A stretch of 64,000 nucleotides of DNA from the NCBI RefSeq assembly GCF_037042905.1, contig NC_087262.1, forward strand, positions 15,376,001 through 15,440,000. The letters run 5' to 3'. Source of the stretch: Lytechinus pictus. Taxonomy: Eukaryota. The notes beneath the pieces were generated by a model that was not told the origin of the DNA, ran no database searches, and worked only from the letters and a program-made list of their open reading frames with translations. This document shows positions 1 to 10,545 of this stretch, piece by piece; the first letter of the stretch is position 1, and every line of letters starts with the position of its first letter. A program made the translations under genes and the position numbers.

Positions 1-170
1 AACCTGATTGGTCTTCTCTACTCACTAATGCCCCTTTTGTCTCCTTGTTTCTAGTGTTGCTGTAGCTTGTTTGTGGTCTATATTATGGTTGTTCCACGTT
101 ATATGTTTGTCATTTTGCCTCCGACGAAGATTCTGCTAGGATCGAAAGCTTAGGCCCCTTTTTGACTTTC
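1..170 (+). mobile_element. 3' end of a probable Penelope-like element pseudo-LTR containing a hammerhead-like motif
   Basis: T-rich tail ending in GCCT-CCGACGAA-GATTCT-GCT-AGGATC-GAAA-GCTT-AGGC, a layout typical of Penelope pLTR ends; cut by the window start. Confidence 0.5.
117..155 (+). ncRNA. Candidate minimal type-I hammerhead ribozyme (U4C core variant)
   Basis: Stem I GCCT/AGGC; core CCGACGA (canonical CUGANGA); stem II GATTCT/AGGATC with one G-U pair; GAAA; palindromic AAGCTT in place of stem III. Confidence 0.45.
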
Positions 171-1500
171 TAATTTTCTGATTGGATGGAGATTTCGGCA
201 GGTACTCCGCAGGACACTCGACTTGGACCGATAATCTTCGTCTGCATGATCAACGACTTGTTCAAGGATAGCAACCACCAATATTGGAAATACGTTAACG
301 ACCTCTCCCTGATTGAATGTAGGAATTCAACGGACCAACCAAAAATCCAAGAAGAAGAAAATGAACTTGAGAAATGAACCAAAGAAAACTGCATGAAACT
401 GAAGTACTGAACCCTAAGAAATGTGTTGTAATGAACGTTCAGTTTATGAGAAACCCAACATGTGTCCCAAAAGTAAGAATTGATGATCAAGAACTAGATG
501 AAGTCCATCTTCTTAAACTTTTAGGTGTGTTCGTACAAGATGACTTAAAATGGTCATACCATGTTACAGAAATTGTAATGTATTTGCATGCAAGGATGTG
601 TATTGAACGTGCACACAACTACTTTCACTTTAACCCTTTGGTTGCTATTTCTTAGTATCTCCTCTCTCTCTCCTCCAAAGTCCAAATAGTGGACATTCCA
701 TTATTACAATTCATTCTTCTATATTCTTCTGAATTTCTGCTCTCTCCTCTCTGACTCATCATTAGTAGCTTGTAAAAGAGAAAGTACTCTGATTTTTGTG
801 GAATAAACACTTCTAGTTTAGACATCAACTAGTGAAGTCGCACCTCTTCTCTGTGCAGTCTGAAGTTCTTCTAATATACAACCCCAAAATATAACAGAAA
901 TGGTCAAGGCAGCAATCATGAGGCTACACATGATGCGGATCCTAAAAGGTTTTCGGCTACCAGTTGAGGATTTGAAAGTAGTATATTGTTCGCATGTGCG
1001 CCCGAATCTCAAATACTGTACCCCGGTTTGGCATTCTGGCCTAACGCAGAAAGAAAAAAAATTGATAGAGAGAATTCAGAAACGTGCATGTCGCCTCATG
1101 CTTGGCCAAAGGTACACCAGTTATGATGATGCCCTCACTATTCTTCACCTCCCAACATTGGAAAAGAGAAGGGAAACGTTACCACTGAAACTAGCAAGTA
1201 ACCTTACAAAGGAGACGTCCCCATTCCATCACTGGCTCCCTCCTACAAGAACCATTAGCACCTCCCGTTACCTGCGAAATGCTGGGAAATACTCTGAAAT
1301 TAAGTGCAAAAAAGAGCGCTATAAAAAGAGCGCACTGCCATTCATTGTGAGGCTACTCAACTCAAAATCTGAATAACTGGCTAAATGATAATAATAAATA
1401 AATGTTATGAATAATTGATTGTTTAGTTGGCAGTATGAAATGAAATGGTTAGCATCAAAGTGACTTGTTATATCTTGAATTATGCTCAAACAATAAATCT
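171..1500 (+). mobile_element. 5'-truncated, decayed non-LTR retrotransposon (CR1/L2-group RT C-terminal half)
   Basis: Frameshifted RT motifs GTPQDTRLGPIIF, MINDL, KYVND (YxDD decayed), LNPKKC, KLLGV..LKW, VRPNLKYCTPVW, IERIQKRACR. Removing the LTR at 574-896 restores HVTEMVKA. Confidence 0.85.
574..896 (+). mobile_element. Solo LTR (323 bp) inserted in the LINE fragment
   Basis: TG...CA termini (TGTAAT...ATAACA), 5-bp target-site duplication GAAAT at 569-573 and 897-901, internal AATAAA near 802. Confidence 0.8.
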
Positions 1501-2334
1501 TAATGTTCTTGGACACAGCACCCTAACCAGCTTTTATACATTTCAAGCTGGATATCTCGCTAGTCGTTATTATGTTTGCCAATGCAATTGATCAGTGTTT
1601 TGTCAATATTTCCATTTCTACTCATATTGTATGAATTATATTACCTTAAACTTTGTATCCTTAATCCTATACTTGCATCGGAAAATGCCCTAAATACACG
1701 CAGGCCAGTTGACTGCCTCTCCTAATTTAGACTCCTATGATCATATAATATAAGTATTGCAGCAGAGGTGATTGGTTTGCATTGGGTACATGAATTATAT
1801 GAAAGAATCAGAAAGATGGCATATTTATTTGACATATACTCCCAAAGCAACCATTTTGAATTATATTATAAAATATTCATTAGTAAACTCATTTTAAAAT
1901 CCTACCAAGAACCAAGATTCATTCTACTTCTAGATCAGAGTTTAATCATTTAGATCTCTGTCTTTATATTTCAATATCTTATATTTTTATCAACTATTTA
2001 CTTTACTTTACTTACTTTACTTGGATGTTGAGACGTAAAGCAATTGTATGTGTATTGTATGTATCAATCATATTTGTAAATTGTACGCAATTCAGCCACA
2101 AGGCTGCTATGTGCAATGTTTTTTATACCAAAATAAATATAAATAAAAAAAGTCAGATTCTGTCGCAATTTTTACAACTGACAGATCAAATAGCAAATCA
2201 GATTAAACTTGTTTCAAGGAACAGATAAACAATCAATCACTAATCTGCTAATTTGCAATTAACTACAAAGACATATGATTGATTTAGGGACCCAAAATAG
2301 ACTTGCAAATGATTGCAAGTTTCTTGCAACACCC

Positions 2335-2856
2335 CATGAATATGAGAAGATCCAGAGAAGAGCCACCAAGCTAGTGCCTGAACTGAAGCATCTAACTTAT
2401 GAAACAAGACTGAAGGAACTCAACATGTTCTCTCTACATTACAGAAGAATCAGAGGTGATATGATTGAAGTTTATAGAATTATGAATGGACTGGTAGACT
2501 TTGATCCAGATCTCTTCTTCACACCCATAGGCCAAAGTATCACTCGAGGTCATCACATGAAGCTGTACAAATATAGAAGCAACTCATCGCTAAGGAAAAA
2601 CAGCTTTAGTCAGAGAGTGATTGACTCCTGGAACAGTCTTCCTTCTTCTGTAATCTCGGCATCCACTTTAAACATTTTCAAAACTAGACTGGACAAACAC
2701 TGGTCCTCCATGCACCAAATTCTCCCATAAATATCCGCCCTCCACACACGTTTAGTTGTTTTAAAGTCCAGTTTAAGAAACTTCGAAGGAATGATCGGAA
2801 GCACTACAGGACTACCTACTTCTTCCGTACAACGATGATGACGATGATGATGATGA
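2335..2856 (+). mobile_element. CR1-clade LINE 3' fragment with (GAT)n tail
   Basis: EKIQRRATKLVPEL..YETRLKELNMFSL..RRIRGDMIEVYRI..TRGH..KL..FSQRVIDSWNSLP..FKTRLD is the CR1 ORF2 C-terminus; it is followed by a 3' UTR and a microsatellite tail. Confidence 0.88.
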
Positions 2857-2869
2857 TAAGAGGCCTTCA

Positions 2870-3400
2870 CTGGCCCGCGTCACGATCGCTGTCGCACTCT
2901 TGCGCTAGTGCACTTTCGCACCACCCGAGAAAATCAGATGCATGATGACAAGCTTCCTTCCCGGCCCGGGCTGCCAACCCCGGGCCCGCACCCGGCATGT
3001 CATGGTGGAGCATTTCGTCGGGCAGTCGAAAGTGCACTAGCGCCCATGTAAAGAGATAAAATAAATGCGATACCAAGTCCATATCATACCTATTCCCTCC
3101 TGCTAGCTGCCGTCTGTTTCAATATAATAGATAGCCTGGACTGGTCGGTGACACTGTCCAAATAATGCAAGGATTGTTGCAAAATTCCACTGCTTGTACA
3201 CGATGATGCGATGGTCAACAGCTATGAATCATAGTTCATACTCGGATATTATCGTTTCGTTCGGGCCGATGCTGCGCTATGCCGGTATATGGGGCGCGAC
3301 GGCGGCCGGTGGGGCGCGGGCGCGGGGCCGGGCGTGTGCATGTGGCCCGTGTGTGTGTGGCTCGGTGTGGCTGCTGCGGATATGCACAGTCTAGTCTTAA
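2870..3400 (+). promoter_or_regulatory. GC/CpG-rich island, probable promoter of the ICME-like gene
   Basis: Sharp GC/CpG enrichment (GGGGCGCGGGCGCGGGGCCGGGCG) in an AT-rich background, upstream of a candidate non-coding exon at 3609-3679 (ttttacag|...|gtaagt). Confidence 0.5.
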
Positions 3401-4156
3401 ATCCAGTCACCATCAATACAAAAACTTTTGTTAGTATTCACAGAACGAATAAATGGGGACATGTAGATCTATAATTTGAGTTAAAACCAGTAAATACTCC
3501 TCCTTTTATTTTTTTGTTTCATTTTGTGTTTATCATTCTTTTAATTGATATGATTAGGAGTCGGAAAATCTAGGCTAGAATATTTTTAATATTACAGTCT
3601 TTTTACAGATCAACTGGATGTAGGCTAAATTTGGACAGTAGAAGTAGAAAAGACAGAGGAAAAAAGGAGTAGGCCTACGGTAAGTTCATTTTTATTCTTA
3701 TGATTTTTACTCTCTCGGCTATGACTATGAGCCTCCTGGCTACCCATTAGAGTAGGGCCTGGATCTACTCAGTGTATATAATTATAAGTATAACTCAGTC
3801 TAGACAGCTGGCAGCCATGGCAGCCATCTGTTTCGAGGAGTTTTGAAGCATTTTTTTTTTAATTTCTTGTTAATGTAAACAACCAGTCCAACTCCAAGCA
3901 ATAACATTCAGTCCTCGCAATACGTGTGAGTGGGTCTAAACTAGCCTTGAGGACTCCATGATGCATATTTTTTGATATTTTGACATAGGCCTGTAATAAT
4001 ACTTCTTCATCATCAGTAGAGGCGCACGGCCAATTATGGGAGACTGTCTCCCAAGACTATCTAAAACTGAGTAAAAGTAAAGAGTAACTGGGCATTGTGG
4101 CGTGCACCTGTAATCCAACTGGCCAAGGCCAAGCTATGTCTATGACTATGTGGGGA

Positions 4157-6677
4157 GGGAAATAATAAGATGGCAAATATAGCGATCTTCAACGCTTATA
4201 TATAAGCGTCGAAATTTGTAGCCATCTCCTTGTATTAGTCTATAATATACGACGTGTCAAATTGTAGCGAACTAGTTCGCTATTTCCAGATCTCCTCTAT
4301 ATATATATATATACGAGGGGGAATTGTAGCGAACTAGTTCGCTATTTTCCAGATCTCCTCTATATACAAACGACGGGAAATTGTAGCGAACTAGTTCGCT
4401 ATTTTTCGGATCTCCTCGATATATACACGAGGGGAATTGTAGCGAACTAGTTCGCTATTTTCCAGATCTCCTCTATATACATACTACGGGATTTGTAGCG
4501 AACTAGTTCGCTATTTTTCGGATCTCCTCGATATGTACACGAGGGGGAATTGTAGCGAACTAGTTCGCTATTTTTTTATTTTTCCAGATCTCCTCTAAAG
4601 GCTCTATATACATACGACGGGATTTGTAGCGAACTATATATGAGGGGGCATTGTAGCGAACTAGTTCGCCATTTCTCATCTCCTCTCTAAAATATAAACA
4701 TGGCAAACTCTAGCGAACTAGATGGCAATTTTTCTGATCTCTTCATATACACGAGGGGGAAATTGTAGCGAACTAGTTGTCATTTTTTCCAAAGCTTACA
4801 TTATTGTGAAGGCTTCAAAGTGAAAATCTGCAGGTTTTGGCTGTATATATTGATGCCATATTGTCAAATTGTAGCAGACTAGTTCGCTATTTTCCAGATC
4901 TCCTCTATATCCATACGACGGGCTTTGTAGCGAACTAGTTCGCTACTTTTCGGATCTCCTCTATAAAATTATATACACGATCGAGGGGGAATTGTAGCGA
5001 ACTCGTTCGCTACAATTCCGTCTCTTGTATATATAAAGATCAGAAAAATAGCGAACTAGTTCGCTACTTTTCGGATCTCCTCTATAAAATTATATACACG
5101 AGGGGGAATTGTAGCGAACTAGTTCGCTACAATTCCGTCTCTTGTATATATAAAGATTAGAAAAATAGCGAACTAGTTCACTACAATTCCTCCTCGTGTA
5201 TAAAATTTTATAGAGAAGATCCGAAAAATAGCGAACTAGTTCGCTACAATTTTCCGTCGTATATATAAAGAGGAGATCCGAAAAATAGCGAACTAGTTCG
5301 CTACAAAAGAAGAGATCCGAAAAATAGCGAACTAGTTCGCTACAATTTCCCGTCGTATATAGAGGAGATCTGGAAAATAGCGAACTAGTTCGCTACAATT
5401 TCCCGTCGTATATATATATATAGAGGAAATCCGAAAAATAGCGAACTAGTTCGCTACAAATCCCGTAGTATGTATCTAAAGGAGATCTGGAAAATAGCGA
5501 ACTAGTTCGCTACAATTCCCCCTCGTGTATATATCGAGGAGATCCGAAAAATAGCGAACTAGTTCGCTACAATTTCCCGTCGTTTGTATATAGAGGAGAT
5601 CTAGAAAATAGCGAACTAGTTCGCTACAATTCCCCCTCGTATATATATATAGAGGAGATCTGGAAATAGCGAACTAGTTCGCTACAATTTCCCGTCGTAT
5701 ATATATATATAGAGGAAATTTGAAAAATAGCGAACAAATCCCGTAGTATGTATCTAGAGGAGATCTGGAAAATAGCGAACTAGTTCGCTACAATTCCCCC
5801 TCGTGTATATATCGAGGAGATCCGAAAAATAGCGAACTAGTTCGCTACAATTTCCCGTCGTTTGTATATAGAGGAGATCTAGAAAATAGCGAACTAGTTC
5901 GCTACAATTCCCCCTCGTATATATATATAGAGGAGATCTGGAAATAGCGAACTAGTTCGCTACAATTTCCCGTCGTATATATATATAGAGGAAATTTGAA
6001 AAATAGCGAACAAATCCCGTAGTATGTATCTAGAGGAGATCTGGAAAATAGCGAACTAGTTCGCTACAATTCCCCCTCGTGTATATATCGAGGAGATCCG
6101 AAAAATAGCGAACTAGTTCGCTACAATTTTCCGTCGTATATAGAGGAGATCCGAAAAATAGCGAACTAGTTCGCTACAAAAGAAGAGATCCGAAAAATAG
6201 CGAACTAGTTCGCTACAATTTCCCGTCGTATATATATATAGAGGAGATCTGGAAAATAGCGAACTAGTTCGCTACAATTTCCCGTCGTATATATATATAT
6301 AGAGGAAATCCGAAAAATAGCGAACTAGTTCGCTACAAATCCCGTAGTATGTATCTAGAGGAGATCTGGAAAATAGCGAACTAGTTCGCTACAATTCCCC
6401 CTCGTGTATATATCGAGGAGATCCGAAAAATAGCGAACTAGTTCGCTACAATTTCCCGTCGTTTGTATATAGAGGAGATCTAGAAAATAGCGAACTAGTT
6501 CGCTACAATTCCCCCTCGTATATATATATAGAGGAGATCTGGAAATAGCGAACTAGTTCGCTACAATTTGACACGTCGTATATTATACTTATAGACTAAT
6601 ACAAGGAGATGGCTACAAATTTCGACGCTTATATATAAGCGTTGAAGATCGCTCTATTTGCCATCTATAAAATACCG
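4157..6677. mobile_element. Foldback-type palindromic transposon built from about 40 tandem 55-60-bp units
   Basis: Near-perfect terminal inverted repeats of more than 100 bp (4168.. / ..6666); unit core palindrome TAGCGAACTAGTTCGCTA; unit orientation flips near 5000-5170; 8-bp TSD TGTGGGGA at 4149-4156 and 6678-6685. Confidence 0.85.
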
Positions 6678-6724
6678 TGTGGGGAAGTTACAAATTGATG
6701 CAGAGATTCGAAGTTCGATCCCTG

Positions 6725-7757
6725 GGGCCCGTTTCTCAACACCGTCATAAGTCTAACTTCTTGACTAAATCGGAGATAGTGAGTTACTTCATACTTGTCC
6801 GCTAACCGTTTCACGAAGCCCTCTTTACCAAGATCGGGTACAACAACCTCACTAAATATTTATGACACCTCCGAACCTGTCATAACTTCTTTCTTAATGA
6901 CGTAGTGGCATCACGTGGGTAGACTATGACATGCGAAAGTGCCTAGAAATTTTAAAATTATAATCTTACGTAATCAATCATAGAGGTTGAAATTACATCA
7001 CAAAATAAGTGGGTTAATTCATTCAATGATAATTGAAATACAAAGAAACTATAAAAACTGTGGGTAAACGCCACAAAACCATTCATTTTGAAATAGTAAA
7101 ATGATTTAATCGATAAAGATTCTACCACGTCAGGCCATCCATAACTGAACTCGTATTTGTTGTTTTCAGACTCCTACTATAACAGTTTGATGAATTCTAT
7201 CTCTAATTTATGCATAATTTGTCCAATATCGTATCTTTCGGTATCAATGATTTAAAATGTTTCGCTAAACTATATTTTGATGACGTTTGGAATAGTAAAA
7301 GTCCGTATAATAATCATAATTTTACAAAGAAAACCGTTATGGTTTACTTTCGTAAACTATTAAAATTGGGTATCCCGGGGGTACCCATCTCAACGTCCAC
7401 AAGTGATTTTTTAGTCATGAAATGAATTATTCATAATTTAATTTTCTCTGCAATTGAATGCTCCAGTCTTCATGGTCTAAGTATGTATGATGCATAATTC
7501 ATCTGTGCTATTATTTTGAAAATATTTATTTCCCAATTCATCATAATATTTGCAATTTTGTCATAATTTTTCTTTTTGAAAATTATGCTATTTTGTGACT
7601 AAGGCTACGTCTCGTCGGCTCTTTTTACCAATAGTATCGATATCAATGTATTCTAGTTAGGAAGCCTTCAAGAAACAGGTTTAGTAAGATTGGAACTAAC
7701 TCCGTGGTTGGTGGATAAAGATATGACTAACTTGTCCATGTGTTGAGAAACGGGCCC
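6725..7757. mobile_element. PIF/Harbinger-type MITE (1033 bp)
   Basis: TIR GGGCCCGTTTCTCAACA / TGTTGAGAAACGGGCCC; 3-bp TSD CTG at 6722-6724 and 7758-7760. Confidence 0.85.
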
Positions 7758-9123
7758 CTGGTCACGTCTTTCGGATGGTTACGTTAAAGGTCGGTCCCAG
7801 ACGTAAATAATCATATCTGATTGATACACGTCTGACAAAACTCAAATACACACACACAGTCCCATGATGATCATGTCATGACTAGACTAGAGAGAGATTA
7901 TCTCCAATATCAGAGACTTTAGTGTTGTAAAGAATTTGGGTATCCAATTTCAGAGACAGTCTCCAGTTTGGGAGACCAATTTCCTTTGTTTACATTTGCT
8001 GCAAAAGGATTACCTTGGCGGCAAATAAAAATGTAATAAGCAGATTCCTCATGAAAAATTACCCCTTTTCATCATCTACTTTTGTTTTGATAAGGATTTT
8101 TGTTGTCATCCACACACAAAACAAATGGGCTTCTGACCTCGGTGTCGGTGAGACAAAATTTTGGGTGAAAAAATTACGCTTTTGTTGGTGTTGTTTCTTT
8201 TGTTCTTTTGCAAAGCAAGTCTAATATGGGAGATTGTCTCCCATATTGGAGAGAGTCTCCCATATTGGCCGTGCGTCTCTACTGATCATGGAGCCTTGAT
8301 CCGCCTCCCATATGTAAACTATAAGAGACGCATCAAAACAGAGATGGATTTCTCTAGGAAATCCGTCTTTGTAGACAGAAATCATGTAAATGTTAGTGAT
8401 TTTAATTAATCAATTTACACCTTCATACGCCTATGCGTACAGTGTATGAAGGTTAAAAAAATTGGTTAATAAAAAGGTGAAAAATTGAAGGTTTCTTACC
8501 AGACCGATCTCATGTAGATTCCTCGATCCATTTGTCAACAAAGCAAATACCCGGGTCTGACCTTGAACCGCTTCGTTATGACGTACCTTCGTCTTCGATT
8601 AGCGATGTTACAAAATGCCATTTTGAAGAACAATTTATAGGTAAAAATTATTATAAACAAATACTAAAATTTAATACGTGATTATAAATAATTATTATAA
8701 TAATTTAATCATTATTCATTTTTTTATATTTTATTCGTTTTTTTATATTTTATTCGTTTTTTGTCTCGCCGCGGCACATACCTACCACTTTTTGGGTCGA
8801 GTACCCCCCCCCCCCCCCCCCGGGGGTTTTCCAAGAAAATCCTATATTTCTTTTAAAATTTTATGAGATATTTGGTACACTTACTCATGACAATATAAGG
8901 ATTAAGGAACATTATTAACAGAAAGATTTTGTGAAATAAAAAGAAATTCATGTTAAATCTAACTCAAATCGTTAGGTGCGCAGACTTGGGGACCACCATC
9001 ATACTTTGAAATGTTGTATTTTTTAGGTTCTTGAAACTTTTGTTTCTATATAACATTATCAACTTTAAATATTTTAAACGTTTATGATCATTGTCATTTT
9101 AGCATTGTTTCTGTAAAGAGTTT

Positions 9124-9960
9124 TTTGTCTCACGGTACCTACATAGCAGAGTGAGACTATAGACGCCGCTTTTCCGACGGCTGCAGCGGCGTCAACAGCA
9201 AATCTTAACCGAATAAGATTTTGAAATGACAGCATAACTTAGAAAGTATATGAACCTAGTTATGGATCTGATTCATAAAACTTGGACATAAGAGTAATCA
9301 AGTATCACTGAACATCCTGTGTGAGTTTCAGGTCACATGAACAAGGTCAAAGGTCATTTAAGGTCAATGAACTGTGGCCATGTTGGGGTATTTGTTGAAT
9401 TACCATCATAACTGTAAGTGTATTGGTCTAATTCATAAAACCTGGACATAAGAGTAATCAAGTGTCACTGAACATCCTGTGCAAGCTTTAGGTCACATAA
9501 CCAAGGTCAAAGGTCAATGAACTTTGGCCATGTTGGGGGGAATTGTTGAATAACCATCATAACTCCGAAAGTTTATGGATTTAGTTCATAAAACTTGGAC
9601 ATAAGAGTAATAAAGTATCACTGAACATATCATGCGAGTTTCAGGTCACATGACCAAAATCAAGGTCATTGAACTTTGGCAATTTTAGAGGTAATTATTA
9701 GATTGCTGTCATTATTTTCAAAGTTTATAGATATAGTTTATAAAATGTGGATATAGGGGTAATCAAGTATCACTGACAAGTTTTAGGTCACATGATCAAG
9801 GTCAAATGTCATTTATTGTCATTGAACGTAGAATTTTATCATATGAATGGTGTTTGTTTAAATAAGTATGTATATTTTATAGTAGTTTTCAAAGTCAGCA
9901 CTGCTGCTATATTGAATCGCGTGATGCAGGTGAGACAGCCACAGGCGCTCCACTTGTTTT
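9124..9960 (+). mobile_element. Helentron-associated non-autonomous element (HINE-like) with internal tandem repeats of about 160 bp
   Basis: Inserted in a T-run; subterminal IR GTCTCAC.. / ..GCAGGTGAGAC; four diverged units (CATAACT...GTATCACTGAACATC...GGTCACATGACCAAGGTCAAAGGTCA). Confidence 0.7.
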
Positions 9961-10278
9961 TTTTTACATTTTCTGATTTTTTTTTTCCCCCTGGAGGTTC
10001 GACCGACGCTTAACTACAGCATCTATGGAGAAAAGGGAGCACCCTCCTCGATTACTGTTTAAGCTTAAACATTCAGCCCGAGGATCAGGTTCTGCTTGGA
10101 TCGTTCGCTGTCATGTTTGTTGTAATACAGCTGAGCGTACAAACATGCCAGCCAATCACGTTCGTGTTACCATGGTAACACAAACATGGCTGGCACGTTT
10201 GAATGATAGTAAGACATTTGGGTTTTTTACATAATTTTTGTATAAATCTTCATATTTTTTTTCATTTGATAGCATGCC

Positions 10279-10545
10279 ATGGACAGGATAAAAGTGATAA
10301 GCGGCAAAGTTGCCAGGGGGGCTTTTCTGGCAGTCGGTGTACCATATGGCATAGCCATTATTACAAACATTGCATTGGGATGGCCTTGCAGTCAACAAGG
10401 GGAGGATAAGTATAAAAGAGCACTGAACCCATCCAGAGTCCTCAAAGTCAGCTATGCCTTAGCAGAACAGTTCACTCTAGTGAGATTCCTCCCTCTGAAT
10501 ATCAAGTGGAGTTTGTTGTATAGAGCTGGAAACAAAGTTGTGAAG
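10279..10545 (+). CDS. ICME-like coding exon 1
   Basis: Acceptor at 10272, ATG 10279, MDRIKVISG...GNKVVK|gtacat. Confidence 0.8.

Larger units (their letters stand above)
4087..7858 (+). mobile_element. SINE with 7SL/Alu-like head and (CA)n tail, split into 4087-4156, 6686-6724 and 7761-7858
   Basis: Head ACTGGGCATTGTGGCGTGCACCTGTAATCCAA..GCTATGTGGGGA resembles the 7SL RNA 5' end; B-box-like GTTCGATCC; body CGTCTTTCGGATGGTTACGTTAAAGG; ACACACA tail. The pieces rejoin across two TSD-flanked insertions. Confidence 0.7.
4012..8286. mobile_element. Non-autonomous TIR element hosting the nested SINE, foldback and MITE
   Basis: ATCAGTAGAGGCGCACGGCCAATTATGGGAGACTGTCTCC at 4012 is inverted at about 8248-8286. 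Its internal segment 8100-8250 recurs at about 51330-51470. Confidence 0.65.

Noticed and set aside
2867-3082. 71-aa minus-strand ORF as the first exon of a divergent gene
   Set aside because: No recognisable homology, and the openness is explained by the GC-rich hairpin sequence.
4087-4156. Genuine 7SL (SRP) RNA gene or human Alu contamination
   Set aside because: Only the 5' Alu-domain segment matches. There is no S domain, Alu dimer or poly(A) tail, and it continues into an unrelated SINE body with a (CA)n tail, interleaved with local transposons.
4260-6570. CRISPR-like array of palindromic repeats with short spacers
   Set aside because: The spacers are themselves repeated variants rather than unique, orientation flips mid-array, the block has TIRs and a TSD, there are no cas genes, and the context is eukaryotic.
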